A DNA stretch of 44,489 bases from Candidatus Cryosericum sp. Lineage in GTDB: Bacteria; Caldisericota; Caldisericia; Cryosericales; Cryosericaceae. The notes under the pieces are model-generated. The model searched no databases. It had not been told where the DNA came from and saw only the letters and a list, made by a program, of their open reading frames with translations. The stretch spans positions 1 through 44,489 of the forward strand of contig DASVKR010000010.1 of the NCBI GenBank assembly GCA_036385275.1, written 5' to 3'. The position numbers and the translations under genes were made by a program. Below, in pieces: positions 9,889 to 18,667 of the stretch (position 1 is its first letter; each line of letters begins with the position of its first letter).

Positions 9889-10539
9889 CTATTGCCTGTC
9901 GCTCTTTCCTTGCTCCGAATTATCGTTGTTCACATGTTCTCCATTCTGAAGACCAACAGGAGGCAGTCCATTCGTGTCCTGAGGTAGGCCCTCTTTGCTG
10001 CTTCCCAGCAGAACAAAACACAAGACAGTACAACCGAGCGAAAGCAATAGTGCACAGTAGAAAGCTGGCTCAAAACTGAAAACTAGCTCTGGTGCTTGTT
10101 GGGAAAGAGCTTCGCCAAACAGGGCGGGAGCCTTGAAGTACGACCCGACGAAAGCGACTGATTGGACAACGGATGTGCACATCATCGCACCGAGGGAGTC
10201 TTCGCCGCCCAAGGATCCTGCCACGATACCAAAGCCTGAAAGGACCATGATACCGATGAGAACGGTCTGTGTGGTCGATGCTAGCTTCTTGCCAACGGTG
10301 GCGCTAAGCTGTTTGCTCGTCTGTCCATTTTCGAAATCAATGTACCCACCGGTTGCAAGCTGGTACCCGGTGGCACTCGCAACCTTCTGTCCGGTGCATG
10401 AAACCATCGCCCAGGGAAGAAAGAACATGATGATAATCCCGAGAAATAGCAGCCTGACGAACGATGCACTCTTCACTCTCTTGGTCTCCACCCGCGAGGC
10501 ATAACCCCCTCGATGTGGTATGTGGGTGGCAAGCACCAC
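9889..10539 (-). CDS. Hypothetical membrane protein (about 4 TM helices)
   Basis: Hydrophobic segments, FFLPW..VSC.G motif; start uncertain. Confidence 0.65.
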   Translation of the reverse strand: MVLATHIPHRGGYASRVETKRVKSASFVRLLFLGIIIMFFLPWAMVSCTGQKVASATGYQLATGGYIDFENGQTSKQLSATVGKKLASTTQTVLIGIMVLSGFGIVAGSLGGEDSLGAMMCTSVVQSVAFVGSYFKAPALFGEALSQQAPELVFSFEPAFYCALLLSLGCTVLCFVLLGSSKEGLPQDTNGLPPVGLQNGEHVNNDNSEQGKSDRQ

Positions 10540-10570
10540 TGTCCCCGTGCCGTGCGTCTTGCACAGAGGT

Positions 10571-11338
10571 TCACTTGGTCCAACCTGAGACTAGTCTATT
10601 CACTGCGTCGAAGAACCGATTGGCGCCGGGTTCAATGTGAACGGCCGCGCGCATGGAGAGATAGATTACGACCGCAGAAATCACCAAGCCCACCGCTTTT
10701 CGCAGAACCCTGTTCTTGGGGATGACAGCTCTCAGTGCTGGCACGACGAAGCCCAAGAGAACAGGGCACGACAGGACTAGGAAGATCGGAACATAGAGGA
10801 AGTGCGTCCAGATGTCCCTGTAGTCTACGAAGAGGTCTAGGAACAGGAAGAAGACGACTGCTGTCAGTGCGTACTCGAATAGCAGCACCTTCATGCTGCC
10901 GGTGCCACGGGGAAACTTGGTCCACAGCTCAACGCAGACGACTACGACCAAGACCATGAACAGGAATGAGAGAACGTGCGCGAACCAGCGGATTTGCAGC
11001 TGCCCGATGAAGACGGAAACAGCGGTGAACACACCGATCACCTCGAGGAGGGTGTGGTTGTCCTCCAGGAGTTCAGAGAGCGTCATGGCTGGTTTGGGCT
11101 TGGCAACGGCGTGTTCTGGGACGGTGGCTTCAACAGAAGTGGGAGTCACCGGTTCGTTGCCGGCGGGATGCGCTGATACAGCACTCTCTGAGATGGGAGC
11201 AGCAGTCATTGCGAGCGGTTGCGGCTTCAATGTTGACAAGAGTCTCAATGAGCTGACTGCAGCGACAATGCCCAGCCAAAATAACGATTGTTTCGTCGTC
11301 AACACGCGCCCCCCTAGCTCGCGACACTGGCTCGTCAA
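10571..11338 (-). CDS. Hypothetical multi-pass membrane protein
   Basis: 5-6 hydrophobic helices; co-oriented with 9889-10539; start uncertain. Confidence 0.65.
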   Translation of the reverse strand: MTSQCRELGGRVLTTKQSLFWLGIVAAVSSLRLLSTLKPQPLAMTAAPISESAVSAHPAGNEPVTPTSVEATVPEHAVAKPKPAMTLSELLEDNHTLLEVIGVFTAVSVFIGQLQIRWFAHVLSFLFMVLVVVVCVELWTKFPRGTGSMKVLLFEYALTAVVFFLFLDLFVDYRDIWTHFLYVPIFLVLSCPVLLGFVVPALRAVIPKNRVLRKAVGLVISAVVIYLSMRAAVHIEPGANRFFDAVNRLVSGWTK

Positions 11339-11522
11339 ACTGACTCTGAACGGATCCCCAGTACATCAAGCCATTGTCAGTATGGCGATGAAGGCGCTTT
11401 CTGCAACTACCAGTGCTGGCGGCGTTTGCGTGTCTGCGTGCGTATCACCGTACAGGAGTTTGTCCTGTCGGGGGATCCAGTCGGTCCGGAGAGGTACTTC
11501 AGACGCGGTATTGGTGTGGTCG

Positions 11523-11615
11523 TGCTGGAGATAGCGGTGTTGGACCACGCTGGCGAATACCCCATGCTGCAACCCGAAAGCGTAGTTGCTAACGCTCTTG
11601 CGGAATGCTTTAGGT
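11523..11615 (+). repeat. att-like site, family A (degenerate core plus arm)
   Basis: TGCTGGAGATAGCGGTGTTGGACCACGCTGGCGAA aligns ungapped with 7932 onward; reads LEIAVLDHAGEYPMLQPESVVANALAE. Confidence 0.85.
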
Positions 11616-11801
11616 CCGGTCCTTTGGAAGCGACCAGGTTTGTAGTGTTTGTTCACGCGTCGCATCTTCGTTGTCGCGACTCTCGAGACGCTGTCGTTGC
11701 AGACGGCGCCGTGGTCGGGATGGGATGCTTGACGGTCCCAGCCTCTACGGCTATGATGGCGGCGTCAGTGTTGAAAAGTAGAAGCCTGAAGGAGGCGCCC
11801 G

Positions 11802-12899
11802 ATGATCTGTCCAAGATGTGGAAAGGAGATTCTTGATGGCTCTGGAGTCTGTCCTGGATGTAGTTCGGAGTCGGCAAGCGAAGAGAGGATTCCCCAACTG
11901 TTGCCCTATTCCGAAGGTGGTAGATGGGGATTCTGTGACCGGGATAGGAGGGTAGCAGTCCCTGCAGTCTATGATCATGTTGGCCTCTTCTCTGAGGGTT
12001 TGGCCAGAGTGTGGGTCGATGGGAAGTGCGGCTTCGTCGACGCTAGAGGTACTCTGGTCGTGCCTGCCGTCTACGTTGGCGTGGGGAACTTCCACTCCGG
12101 TTTTGCCTGGGTGATACTCAATGGCAGGTATGGTCTCATCAATCTGGATGGCGAATTGGCCGTGCCGACCGTCTGTGATTACGTCGGAGACTTCCATGAC
12201 GGCTTCGCACAGATCGAGCTTGAAGGCAAGTGGAGCTTCTTGGACATGAAGTGCACCCTTGTAGCTGTTCCGACTTACAGTGCGGTAGGAGACTTCCACG
12301 ACAACCTGGCGAGTGTGGAAATCGACGGCAAGCAGGGCTTCATCAACACGAAGGGTACTCTAGTCATACCGACCATTTACGACGAAGTGCGATACTTTGA
12401 GGGTGGTTTCGCGCCGGTTGAGATCAACGGCAAATGGGGCTTCATCAATGTGAAAGGAGACCTCGTTGTAGCAGCGGCATTCGATGATGTCGAGTACTTC
12501 TTCCATGGGCTGGCCCTGGTGAAGAGCTACGCCTCATGGGGTCTAGTCGACACGAAGGGCGCGCTCATCGCTGCTCCTGTATATAGTGAGATCGGAGACT
12601 TCATCTACGGATTCGCGTGGGTAAGGACCAACGACAAGTGGGGTTTTATTGACAGCAAGGGTTCACCCGTCATACCGACCATCTACGATGAGGTGCGAGA
12701 CTTCGAAGGTGATTGCGAAGGTGATTGCGCGCCGGTAAAGATGGACGGCAAGTGGGGCTACGTCGACACGCATGGTGCTCTCGTAGTTCCCACCGCATAT
12801 GATGATGTTGCAGGCTTCAACAATGGAGTCGTGTACGCTGAAATCGACGGCACGTGGGGCCGAGTCGACAGCAATGGCGCTTTCAATCAGGATGCATAG
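11802..12899 (+). CDS. Zinc-ribbon + WG (KWG) repeat protein
   Basis: RBS AGGAGG; CPRC...CPGC; repeated GKWGFI..KG..VIP..YD.V..F..G.A.V units. Confidence 0.9.
   Translation: MICPRCGKEILDGSGVCPGCSSESASEERIPQLLPYSEGGRWGFCDRDRRVAVPAVYDHVGLFSEGLARVWVDGKCGFVDARGTLVVPAVYVGVGNFHSGFAWVILNGRYGLINLDGELAVPTVCDYVGDFHDGFAQIELEGKWSFLDMKCTLVAVPTYSAVGDFHDNLASVEIDGKQGFINTKGTLVIPTIYDEVRYFEGGFAPVEINGKWGFINVKGDLVVAAAFDDVEYFFHGLALVKSYASWGLVDTKGALIAAPVYSEIGDFIYGFAWVRTNDKWGFIDSKGSPVIPTIYDEVRDFEGDCEGDCAPVKMDGKWGYVDTHGALVVPTAYDDVAGFNNGVVYAEIDGTWGRVDSNGAFNQDA
12704..12727 (+). repeat. 12-bp tandem duplication (EGDC EGDC) in the WG-repeat gene
   Basis: cgaaggtgattg x2. Confidence 0.8.
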
Positions 12900-12919
12900 C
12901 GATTCGTCACAGCATTCCC

Positions 12920-13056
12920 TGGAGAGAATCGGGACTCTGAGCAAGTCCCAATCGGGAGCTTTTCTGCAGCAAGAGCATCAATAGCTGAACGATGGCCGGC
13001 GTAACAGGGGGGGGTTGGGGTTACTGAGAAGACTGCTATTGACGATCTGCCGTCCC
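12920..13056 (+). repeat. Partial, degenerate family-B att arm
   Basis: 13034-13056 matches 32876-32898 at 21/23; upstream CGGCGT and GCAAGTCCC also shared; weak core-like TGGAGAGAATCGGG at 12920. Confidence 0.5.
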
Positions 13057-13309
13057 GTTCGCGAGTACTTGGCTTGTCGAGGATTCTGCAGACATGGGAT
13101 CCTCCTTATGCCTGGTTGCCAGCACAGTAGTTGTGGCGCTGCCGGGTCGGACCCTGGAAACATCTCATGCGTCCCAGACAGAGCAGGCTGCGGGGGGGGG
13201 TGAGGCGTACCACAGCAAGCAATGACGCCTTGCGGGGATTGCAGTGTTGTCGCAGCATTCGAGAAGCCACGGTTGAAATGCCATTCTCTATTCAAGAAAG
13301 GAAGGACAT

Positions 13310-13534
13310 ATGACCGGAATCATGTTCTACAAAGGGGATCCTGAGACGTTGATGAACCTTGTGTCGATTCCCGGCAAGGGGTGGTCTCCGTACTATTGGC
13401 GCCCAAACAAGGCGCCGCAGGAGATTGACGACGAGGTGCTGCTCGACGAGCACTGGAGCATCGTTTGCATCATCGATGGAAAAGAAGGAAGGGCGATGTC
13501 TCGCAGGAACTTCCTGCTGCTGGCCCGGCCGTAG
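13310..13534 (+). CDS. Small hypothetical protein (74 aa)
   Basis: AAGGAAGGA RBS, ATG start, protein-like composition. Confidence 0.6.
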   Translation: MTGIMFYKGDPETLMNLVSIPGKGWSPYYWRPNKAPQEIDDEVLLDEHWSIVCIIDGKEGRAMSRRNFLLLARP

Positions 13535-14416
13535 CCTGTCCAAGCGGCTCCTGAGGAGGGAGTCCCGATGGCATCCAGCAGTGGTTCGATGGTTCCTCGG
13601 TCCCAGCACCACCAACACTATCGGCCGAAGGTGGGAGTACGAGGTTCTGTGCTCGCACCTTGAGTTAGTGAGATGACCTTGGCAGGCGAATGTTGCTGGG
13701 GAGCCTCAGCAAGTAGGTGCTGCTTGGCTTGAGTGGGGCACGCGTGCGCGGGCTTCGGGGTCATCCCTTGAAGGCGATCTGCTAGTTGTCTCAACCGGTG
13801 ACGAGTCTCGCCCGTGGATCTATGCAATAACTGGGACTGTCTCTTTCTGAGGACGGCGTGGAGTCTCTCCGTATCCTCGTGTATGATCTCAGCGTTCTGA
13901 TGGTATGAGACGATGACATCAAGGACTTGGTCCGCGTCTGCGACCAGGTCGTGTATCTCAAGGCTGCTGTCCGACGTCTCCAGCCCGTGCATCAGGAACC
14001 CCATCGTCCGATGCAGAGAATCCACGCTCCAAGCGTGAGGGCGGCGGTACCCGGCAGCATCCATGTGGCAGTAAGAAGCCCCCGCAGACGTCTGCGCTTC
14101 CGAGTCGGTGGGGTCCCGACCGGTGCAAAACTTGACACGATGATTCTCTGGCATCTTTCCTCCCAGGCTTGCATGGGTTGATGGTGGCGAAATCATGTGA
14201 TTGACCAACGTTCAATCCGGATCCATGGTCGTCCTGCCAGTCTACCTCACAGTAGCTGTTGTCCACAGGAGAGCACAGTCCACGGCTGTTCCCGATGCAA
14301 TGCTCTTGTGGTTCGAATGGACGTTCTCGGTCCAGTACACAAGGCCCACATTGCGCATAGTGCCGCGCGCAAATGGCCAACCAAGCAAGACCAACCTAAA
14401 TGGGTATATACTCTCT

Positions 14417-15952
14417 CTATTTTACAACGCTGATCTTCCCCTTGATGACGTCGGCGGCATGCTTTGAACGGATTTCAAATGCAACGCTGTCTGGGACCTT
14501 CTTGAAGTACAAGATGGATGGAAACGAGACCGTCTTGTGCTGATTGAGCTTGCTGACCCTGAACATCCATATGTCAGTACCATTCTCGGGATTGCTGTAT
14601 GGTTCGTAGCAGAGAATCCGCATCATTCTCTCTCGAAAGGCTCCTTGTTGCTGTCTGCGGGACTCTTCTGGAGACCACGCGGGGATGAATAGGCCAGAAC
14701 CGAGTGTTGGGGGGTAGTCAGAGTATGCGTCGACGTCTAGCATCCCTTGAGGCATGAAGAATTCTCTTTCCATGTTCTGGTCGTTGAACAGCTGCACATA
14801 CGCACCGTCAGGAGCGGTGAACTCGCCAATGCCACAGACGCAGCCACCAGGCAACTCGAGGCGGATCTCGATATCTTCATCGTAAGATGTGCCTTTGTTG
14901 GAAATAGCTCCGAAACAGACGGACTGGGTAGGCAGGCTGTTGATGAACGTCTTCTCAGCCACGAAGCTCCCAATGCTGGACACAAGGTGGATGATTGCGT
15001 TGTACTTCTCTTTTTCGATAGGAGATGATGCCGTAATACCCCCTCTGACGTCTTCCCAAAGGTCTCCGACATCGAAGAAACTAGTGTCATCGAGCTGAAT
15101 GTTCTGCACGTCGCAGAATCTCCTGATCAACTTGCGAGCCTCATCAACCACAACAACCTTCTTTCCCCTAATGAAGCTGCCGCCAATAGCCTGGATCTGA
15201 CTTTGGAGAGCTGAGATCGCAGCAACACCTCCGATCACGTTTCCGGCTTCAGGCCCTGTCTTGTTCTCTCTTTGTGGCACGAGGCGCATTGCACTGATCT
15301 GCGCGATCTGGCTTGTGAGCGAATCCTTGGCCTCACGCAGGCGTCTGTCGAAGTAGTCGTATTCTACGTGCAGCTCATCAGTGAGCTTGCCATTGAGGAC
15401 TCCACAGACAGTAAGCCTGGGAAGCGTCGACGCAGTAGAAACTGTCTTGCCGAGAGCGTCTGTATTGTCCCTAATGTACTGCTCAAGATCATTCGAGAAT
15501 TTTCCCCGAAAGTCCTCTGCTGAATCGAATGTCTTGTACAGGGTGTCTCCTTGGCGCCGCTGCTTGAATTCTTTTACTTTCTGCAGTTGGTCACTTTGAA
15601 GGTCGGCCGGGGGAACTGGCACGTTGGAGAAGTACAGGAACACACCCTTGCCCTGATTGCGCATCCTAGAGATCTCCTCTTCCGTACCTGACCCGTAAGC
15701 GTCAGTCGGCGTGCCAAAACGCGTCCAGAAGATGGCGACGGCGAAATCGCACCCGTCGACGACTTGATGATTCAGTGCTTCCTGTGGCTTCTTGGTCTCG
15801 GGATAAGCCAAGTGCCAGTCCTTCAAGACGATGGCCAGGTCTTCATGGCGCTTGTTGAAATCATCAACAACCGTCCGTACCACGTCCAGCTCCTCTTTGA
15901 CGTCCGAGGGGCACGAAATCAGCATGTCATATCGTGTGACATTTCTTGCCAT
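14417..15952 (-). CDS. DUF4062-like (TIR/nucleoside-deoxyribosyltransferase-like fold) N-terminal domain protein, putative defence
   Basis: LISCPSDV.EE, PQ..LN.Q....CD..VAIFWTRFGTPT....SGTEEE, VFLYFS motifs; RBS GGAGG. Confidence 0.8.
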   Translation of the reverse strand: MARNVTRYDMLISCPSDVKEELDVVRTVVDDFNKRHEDLAIVLKDWHLAYPETKKPQEALNHQVVDGCDFAVAIFWTRFGTPTDAYGSGTEEEISRMRNQGKGVFLYFSNVPVPPADLQSDQLQKVKEFKQRRQGDTLYKTFDSAEDFRGKFSNDLEQYIRDNTDALGKTVSTASTLPRLTVCGVLNGKLTDELHVEYDYFDRRLREAKDSLTSQIAQISAMRLVPQRENKTGPEAGNVIGGVAAISALQSQIQAIGGSFIRGKKVVVVDEARKLIRRFCDVQNIQLDDTSFFDVGDLWEDVRGGITASSPIEKEKYNAIIHLVSSIGSFVAEKTFINSLPTQSVCFGAISNKGTSYDEDIEIRLELPGGCVCGIGEFTAPDGAYVQLFNDQNMEREFFMPQGMLDVDAYSDYPPTLGSGLFIPAWSPEESRRQQQGAFRERMMRILCYEPYSNPENGTDIWMFRVSKLNQHKTVSFPSILYFKKVPDSVAFEIRSKHAADVIKGKISVVK

Positions 15953-16534
15953 CCCGTCCTCCGCATCAACCGAAGTCTCTCTGTGTCAAGCATAACCAAC
16001 TGCTCCTTTGCCGCAAGCCCGCAAGGCGTCTTCTCTACTAGGATGTTGGCAAGTTGTGGAAGAGAAGTACCCGAGTAGAGATCACGGCAAGCGCCAACTG
16101 GAAGATGCCTTTCAGAACAACGAATGAGAGTAGAGGTGACAAGTGAGTCGGGGCGCGCACACGATATTCTCATGCAAACGAACAATCAGCACAGCTAGTC
16201 TCGACCCCTGACGTTGGCGACCCGTGCAGCGAGCACTTCAGATCTACTCCGACTGGAACGGCTTTGGTGCCATGTCTTTCCGGTTTCACGACGCTTCTTC
16301 AACACGACGGTGGAGACATTCGCAATGCAATGGCGGATACGGAAAGCCCCTCTCAAGAAAGAGGGACTTCTCAACACGACTATTCGAGTTTGAAGACCTT
16401 GGGATCGCTAGACTCTGATCGTGCAGCCTTATTCCACTACCTAACCGGGGAGATGTCCGTCCACGCAGCTGTGAACCTCCATCGGCGTCCTTCTAGATGC
16501 TGGAGTGATCGCTCCATCCGGTATCCGACGGTCA

Positions 16535-16899
16535 CCGTGTGGAAGATGACCGATGGAGAAAGGGTCACGCTGCGGCATGCGTGTGTGCAGCGAATTGACG
16601 TAGACTTTGATTCCATGCGGGATACAGTGCTGTGGACGTTCAGTAGCACCCTAAGTCATCTAGATCTTGCAGAGGCCAAGGCAATTTCGGTACAACTCTC
16701 ATATGCTAATCGGAAAGGGGCATCAAAAGCCACTACTACACCTAGGTGTCAAATGGTGGAGCCGAGGGGCAAGGACCGGTCGTCACGACCACTTCTGGAT
16801 GCTCTTCTCACCGTTCTACGAGCTCATTCGGCAGAGGCAGTTGCGAGGAGTGCTGCAGGGGCTGCGATAGAGCAACGTCCAAGCACGGTTTCCCGCTAG
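16535..16899 (+). pseudogene. Probable C-terminal remnant of a second serine recombinase running into an att-like site
   Basis: ERVTLRHACVQRIDVD...VLWTF resembles EQKQGILQHLIRRIDVG..LTITWLF of the LSR; same frame continues into MVEPRG. Confidence 0.5.
16754..16830 (+). repeat. att-like site, family C (core TGGTGGAGCCGAGGGG)
   Basis: 16-bp core identical to 22925-22940; colinear downstream arm. Confidence 0.75.
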
Positions 16900-17162
16900 G
16901 GAGGTTGGCGTTCGCAGAAGTATTGAGGATGTCAAGGAGGGACAACGCCAAGCATGCCAGAGGTTGCATGTTCAAACGAGAAGACACCCCTTCCTCCGCA
17001 AGAGAATGCAGCCCGGAAGACTGGATGCTCCACAATTCGAGAGAGTAGCCGGCACGGAATGCATACCGCTCTCGATGTCACCTCCTCACAATTCCATTCG
17101 TCCGTTGTTTGCGCCAGCGCTGGGCGTCCGTGACCAGACGCGGCAAATCCTACAGCCGAGAA

Positions 17163-17786
17163 TCACTTGCTCTTGGCAAGCTCCCCTCCTGATGCTACTA
17201 CGGCGCCAGCAATTGCGCCGCCTATGGTTCCGAGTGGCCCGCCGGCTGAGCCCGCGAGCGCGCCGGTGCCGGCTCCCGCCAGGTCGGCACCCACAACGCG
17301 CCACCAATTGACCTCGCCTTCCGTGTGCATCTTAACAGCAATCTGAACGCTGTTCCGGGCAATGCCTGCCAACGCAATTGCAACCGGGCTTGCCTTGGAT
17401 TGTACCAATTCCTCATAGACCTCGAGGCTCACCCTCTTGACTTCATCCGTCGAAACTGATCCAGCCTCAAAGAGCGTCAAGATTCGCCCGAGGGCCAGTG
17501 CCTCTTTCGGGCTCAGGATCTTCGCATCCATGAGCTGTTCGAGTGTGTTTCTCGTAATCTGAGCAGCGCCTGCCTCAGCCAAAACTCCCTCAGCCGTGCC
17601 TCCCTCAGCCTTGCCTCCCACTCCTTTGGTGACATGGGCCTTGGTAGGCAGGAACTCGCTTGCATATTGCCTGGCTCCCTCTTCATGGATTCGACCCGCC
17701 GCCCGCGCAAAAACGAGCGGATCATAAGCCTTGACGCTGCTTTCAACATTCGCTTCGGCCTTGCCTTTGGTTAGCTTGCTTGGCAT
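17163..17786 (-). CDS. Hypothetical protein with C-terminal Gly/Ala-rich glycine-zipper-like helix
   Basis: GGAGAGAGG RBS; WWRVVGADLAGAGTGALAGSAGGPLGTIGGAIAGAVVAS. Confidence 0.7.
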   Translation of the reverse strand: MPSKLTKGKAEANVESSVKAYDPLVFARAAGRIHEEGARQYASEFLPTKAHVTKGVGGKAEGGTAEGVLAEAGAAQITRNTLEQLMDAKILSPKEALALGRILTLFEAGSVSTDEVKRVSLEVYEELVQSKASPVAIALAGIARNSVQIAVKMHTEGEVNWWRVVGADLAGAGTGALAGSAGGPLGTIGGAIAGAVVASGGELAKSK

Positions 17787-18190
17787 AGTACCTCTCTCCC
17801 ATGTACGATTTGCCCGTGTCTTGTTGGACCATGGTTCACGTCAGTGGCAAAACACCAGCATAGAAGTAGGTTAGCAGAAGACTAGGTATTTGCGACGTTT
17901 ATAGGCGAGAGATCAGTCTCGGCGATGGCAGTTCCGTACTTGCCGTTTTGGGACCTGGGCGAACCGCTCAGAAGTCGCCCTTCCTGCCCCGCCATGGCTC
18001 ACGTGCAGGAGGCGCACGTACATCTCGGTACGGCGAATCGGTGAGTGGCACCCTCTCTCATCACTACACGTCGAGACATCGCCGCCGCCGGACTGCTGAC
18101 GTAGTCATCTACTTGCAGTTCTTGGCGAATGCGCGAACTGACTCGTTCCGCAGTCAGTCCCAAGCCAAAAGGGGTTGGTTGTGATTGTGC

Positions 18191-18205
18191 GGTGGAGATA
18201 GGGGG
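18191..18205 (+). repeat. att-like core, 15-bp identity to tRNA-Ala 3' end
   Basis: GGTGGAGATAGGGGG equals 34249-34263. Confidence 0.8.
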
Positions 18206-18341
18206 ATTGGTGGGTCCTCTCGACTCTCTGTTGATGTGCTAATTGGCGCACTTCAGATGCGGTCGTTGGAGACAACTCGTACCTAGCGAGCGATGGTCGG
18301 GCACTCAGGAGGCAGTCGGAGGTAGGAGAGTGGTGGTTGTG

Positions 18342-18648
18342 TGGTGGAAATCGGGGTCTTGAACCGACGTGGCAACATCACGGAACTGCGCTCGAAAGCA
18401 TCCAGACTGCTTGAAGGCGGCAAGGTCATGCAGTTCGGGACAAAGTCGGTCCGGGAGACGGTACGGGTTGAACCGATTCTCGTGCTTAAATACTTGGCAG
18501 CGAGGATTAGTCACCTTTCATCGAGAGAGCAACGCCCCGGATGAGCCCCTATTGTCGGTGCTCGGAACAAGATCATGTACGGCGCCAGATCTGGTGGTCG
18601 TCTGGCAAGGTCTCTGTTGACTCTCCGCCATCCTGTTCATCTACAGCT
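18342..18648 (+). repeat. att-like site, family B with ~300-bp arm
   Basis: TGGTGGAAATCGGGG core; GCATCCAGACTGCTTGAA at 18398-18415 identical to 32658-32675 at the same offset; patchy similarity continues to TCATCTACAGCT. Confidence 0.8.
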
Positions 18649-18667
18649 TGCAGACGACTGACATGAT

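Noticed and set aside
11366-11836. ORFs 11366-11665 (-) and 11426-11836 (+) as independent genes
   Set aside because: They span the family-A att arm; best explained as the open tail frame and its shadow
13618-14467. Overlapping ORFs on both strands
   Set aside because: No recognisable motif or convincing RBS; + strand fragments are broken by stops and may be a decayed gene, but I cannot name it
16309-16317. GGTGGAGAC, and similarly GGTGGAG at 34202, as extra att cores
   Set aside because: Only 7-8 bp match with no G-run or arm similarity; expected by chance
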